The notes beneath the pieces were generated by a model that ran no database searches, was not told where the DNA came from, and saw only the letters and a program-made list of their open reading frames with translations. A program made the position numbers and the translations under genes. Below are positions 61,564-64,000 of a stretch of DNA of 64,000 nt, one piece after another. The stretch is taken from positions 64,001 to 128,000 of the forward strand of contig OY969561.1 in NCBI GenBank assembly GCA_963701085.1. The letters are read 5' to 3'. This stretch comes from an uncultured bacterium. GTDB taxonomy: Bacteria; Babelota; Babeliae; Babelales; Vermiphilaceae. How positions within the stretch are numbered: the first letter of the stretch is position 1; each line of letters starts with the position of its first letter.

Positions 61564-62426
61564 TGAAAAAAATTATGTTGAGCATAATGCTCATTATTAG
61601 CATTAATGGTGTGTATGGGATGGAAGTCAGAAGAGAAACAGTTAAAACTTTTGTGTGTCCAATATTTCCCAAAATTATTGTAGTGCAGGATGATATTTAT
61701 GATAGACGCACGCCAAATGCAGATATCACTATTGTTGGTGAGACAGAGCAAATAGTACAGCTAAAAAATGCAGAACTGTACCCTAGTCCTTTGATTGGCT
61801 GTATGCAATTGAATTGCAAGAGTATTATGAAAAGAAGTAAGGTATTTACACAATATTTTGATCCTTCTTATGAAGGTAATAGCAAAGATTCTGCAGCAAT
61901 TATAGTGGATGGTGAAAGATTTATTATTACCAATTTACGAAAGCATGTAGAAAAGAAAAAAATGGAAGATCGGTGTTTGATTGTTAGAGAACCACAAGTT
62001 TGGTATGTGCCATCAAAGGATGATTTATCGGTAGATAATCAATATGTTTATATGCGAGAATTTAGAGGTAAAGGAGTATATAATGAATCACATACTTATA
62101 AAGGGTCTGAAGCAATTGAAGAGGCTGTAAAGGATTTAAGATCTTGTTATAAAAGTGTCTTGATTATGTCGCATGACTTTTTTACCAAAGAGAATATAGC
62201 GCGTAGTTTAGCGCTTCCACAATTGAGCGTATCATTGGGTATTCCGGCATATAGGGCAGCACATGTAGCTGTGACATCAGTTATTGAATTTTTAAAACAG
62301 AATAAAGATACATACGGGTTAATAGAGTTTGTTGTACTAGGATTGGAAGATTTTAATTTGTATAAAAATCTTTTACTTGAGTATGCAGCAGAGTTGATAG
62401 ATAAGAAAGCTGCTGTTGAGATTTAA
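61560..62426 (+). CDS. Secreted divergent macrodomain-like protein, paralog
   Basis: Leader ending VYG-ME; IIVVQDDIY, LRSCYKSVL, SLALPQLS, AAHVAVTSVIEFL, IEFVV. Confidence 0.62.
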   Translation: MMKKIMLSIMLIISINGVYGMEVRRETVKTFVCPIFPKIIVVQDDIYDRRTPNADITIVGETEQIVQLKNAELYPSPLIGCMQLNCKSIMKRSKVFTQYFDPSYEGNSKDSAAIIVDGERFIITNLRKHVEKKKMEDRCLIVREPQVWYVPSKDDLSVDNQYVYMREFRGKGVYNESHTYKGSEAIEEAVKDLRSCYKSVLIMSHDFFTKENIARSLALPQLSVSLGIPAYRAAHVAVTSVIEFLKQNKDTYGLIEFVVLGLEDFNLYKNLLLEYAAELIDKKAAVEI

Positions 62427-62489
62427 AGTTGCTTGATCAATTTTGTCTTTTTTTGCTCAATCTAATATGCTTAAACAAAATATATTTAG

Positions 62490-63524
<1,035 letters not shown>

Positions 63525-63548
63525 AAAAAGCGTTACTAAGGAGAACTG

Positions 63549-64000
63549 ATGAAACGATTAATACAGAATAAAATTTTACCTATCATAGTTGGCGTGGGAC
63601 TTGTTGTTTTTATAGGGATCACGTTGATGGATACTCTCTATCGCGCAAAAGATGATGCAGGAATGATGATTGTTCAGGAAGTGGTGCAATTGCGTGATAT
63701 TTTCCATCGTATTCACAAAACATGCGTGATTATTGATTTTGATGAACAAAAAAATCATATTAATTTTTTGAATGTGGCAAAGTTTTCTGGTTCTGAAGTT
63801 GGGCCGATGAATTTGGTTCATCCAGAAAAGTGGGAAGGGCCATATTTGCAAGAAAATCCAACACTCTATCATATTCCGTATCAGGTAGTATCAACCAAAA
63901 AAGGGTACTTTGTAACTCCTGGTGATGGGGTAACATTGCCGAATAAGAAAGTTATTGGCAAAGATATTGTCCTTGATCAAAAAGCTGATATTGATGCAAT
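63549..64000 (+). CDS. Membrane-anchored hypothetical protein, partial; weak GspG pseudopilin-like motif
   Basis: Read by hand: AAGGAG RBS, MKRLIQNKILPIIVGVGLVVFIGITL..., KWEGPYL, open to the window end. Confidence 0.7.
   Translation, partial: MKRLIQNKILPIIVGVGLVVFIGITLMDTLYRAKDDAGMMIVQEVVQLRDIFHRIHKTCVIIDFDEQKNHINFLNVAKFSGSEVGPMNLVHPEKWEGPYLQENPTLYHIPYQVVSTKKGYFVTPGDGVTLPNKKVIGKDIVLDQKADIDA

Overview
AT-rich bacterial chromosome segment, most likely from the amoeba/protist-associated phylum Dependentiae (TM6/Babeliales). That assignment is inferred from gene content, signal-peptide style and 16S signatures, not from a database search. Core content: one complete rrn operon (16S-tRNA-Ile-tRNA-Ala-23S-5S), the cluster tRNA-rpmG-secE-nusG-rplKAJL-rpoBC-tRNA-Val-rpsO-pnp-rph, and prfB, radA, murA, atpG, tsaE, arfB and trpS. 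Accessory content: (i) two tandem [collagen-like protein + small secreted beta protein] units facing a signal-peptide GT2-TPR glycosyltransferase; (ii) an operon in which a nucleotide-sugar epimerase, three WcaL-like GT4 enzymes and three PI3/4-kinase/HipA-like kinases all carry N-terminal signal-peptide-like leaders, a candidate exported glycosylation-phosphorylation system; (iii) effector-like secreted proteins (ankyrin-like trio, F-box-like, macrodomain-like pair, methyltransferase) sharing Met(-Glu) right after the predicted cleavage site. Across the window is a family of 30-33-nt palindromic elements that insert in frame into genes (CPBP protein twice, murA, tsaE), sit exactly on the CCA ends of three tRNAs, and nest inside one another up to 3-4 levels deep. 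Single-base indels split rpoC twice and two kinase genes once each, probably assembly errors. No CRISPR array, transposase or integrase was seen.
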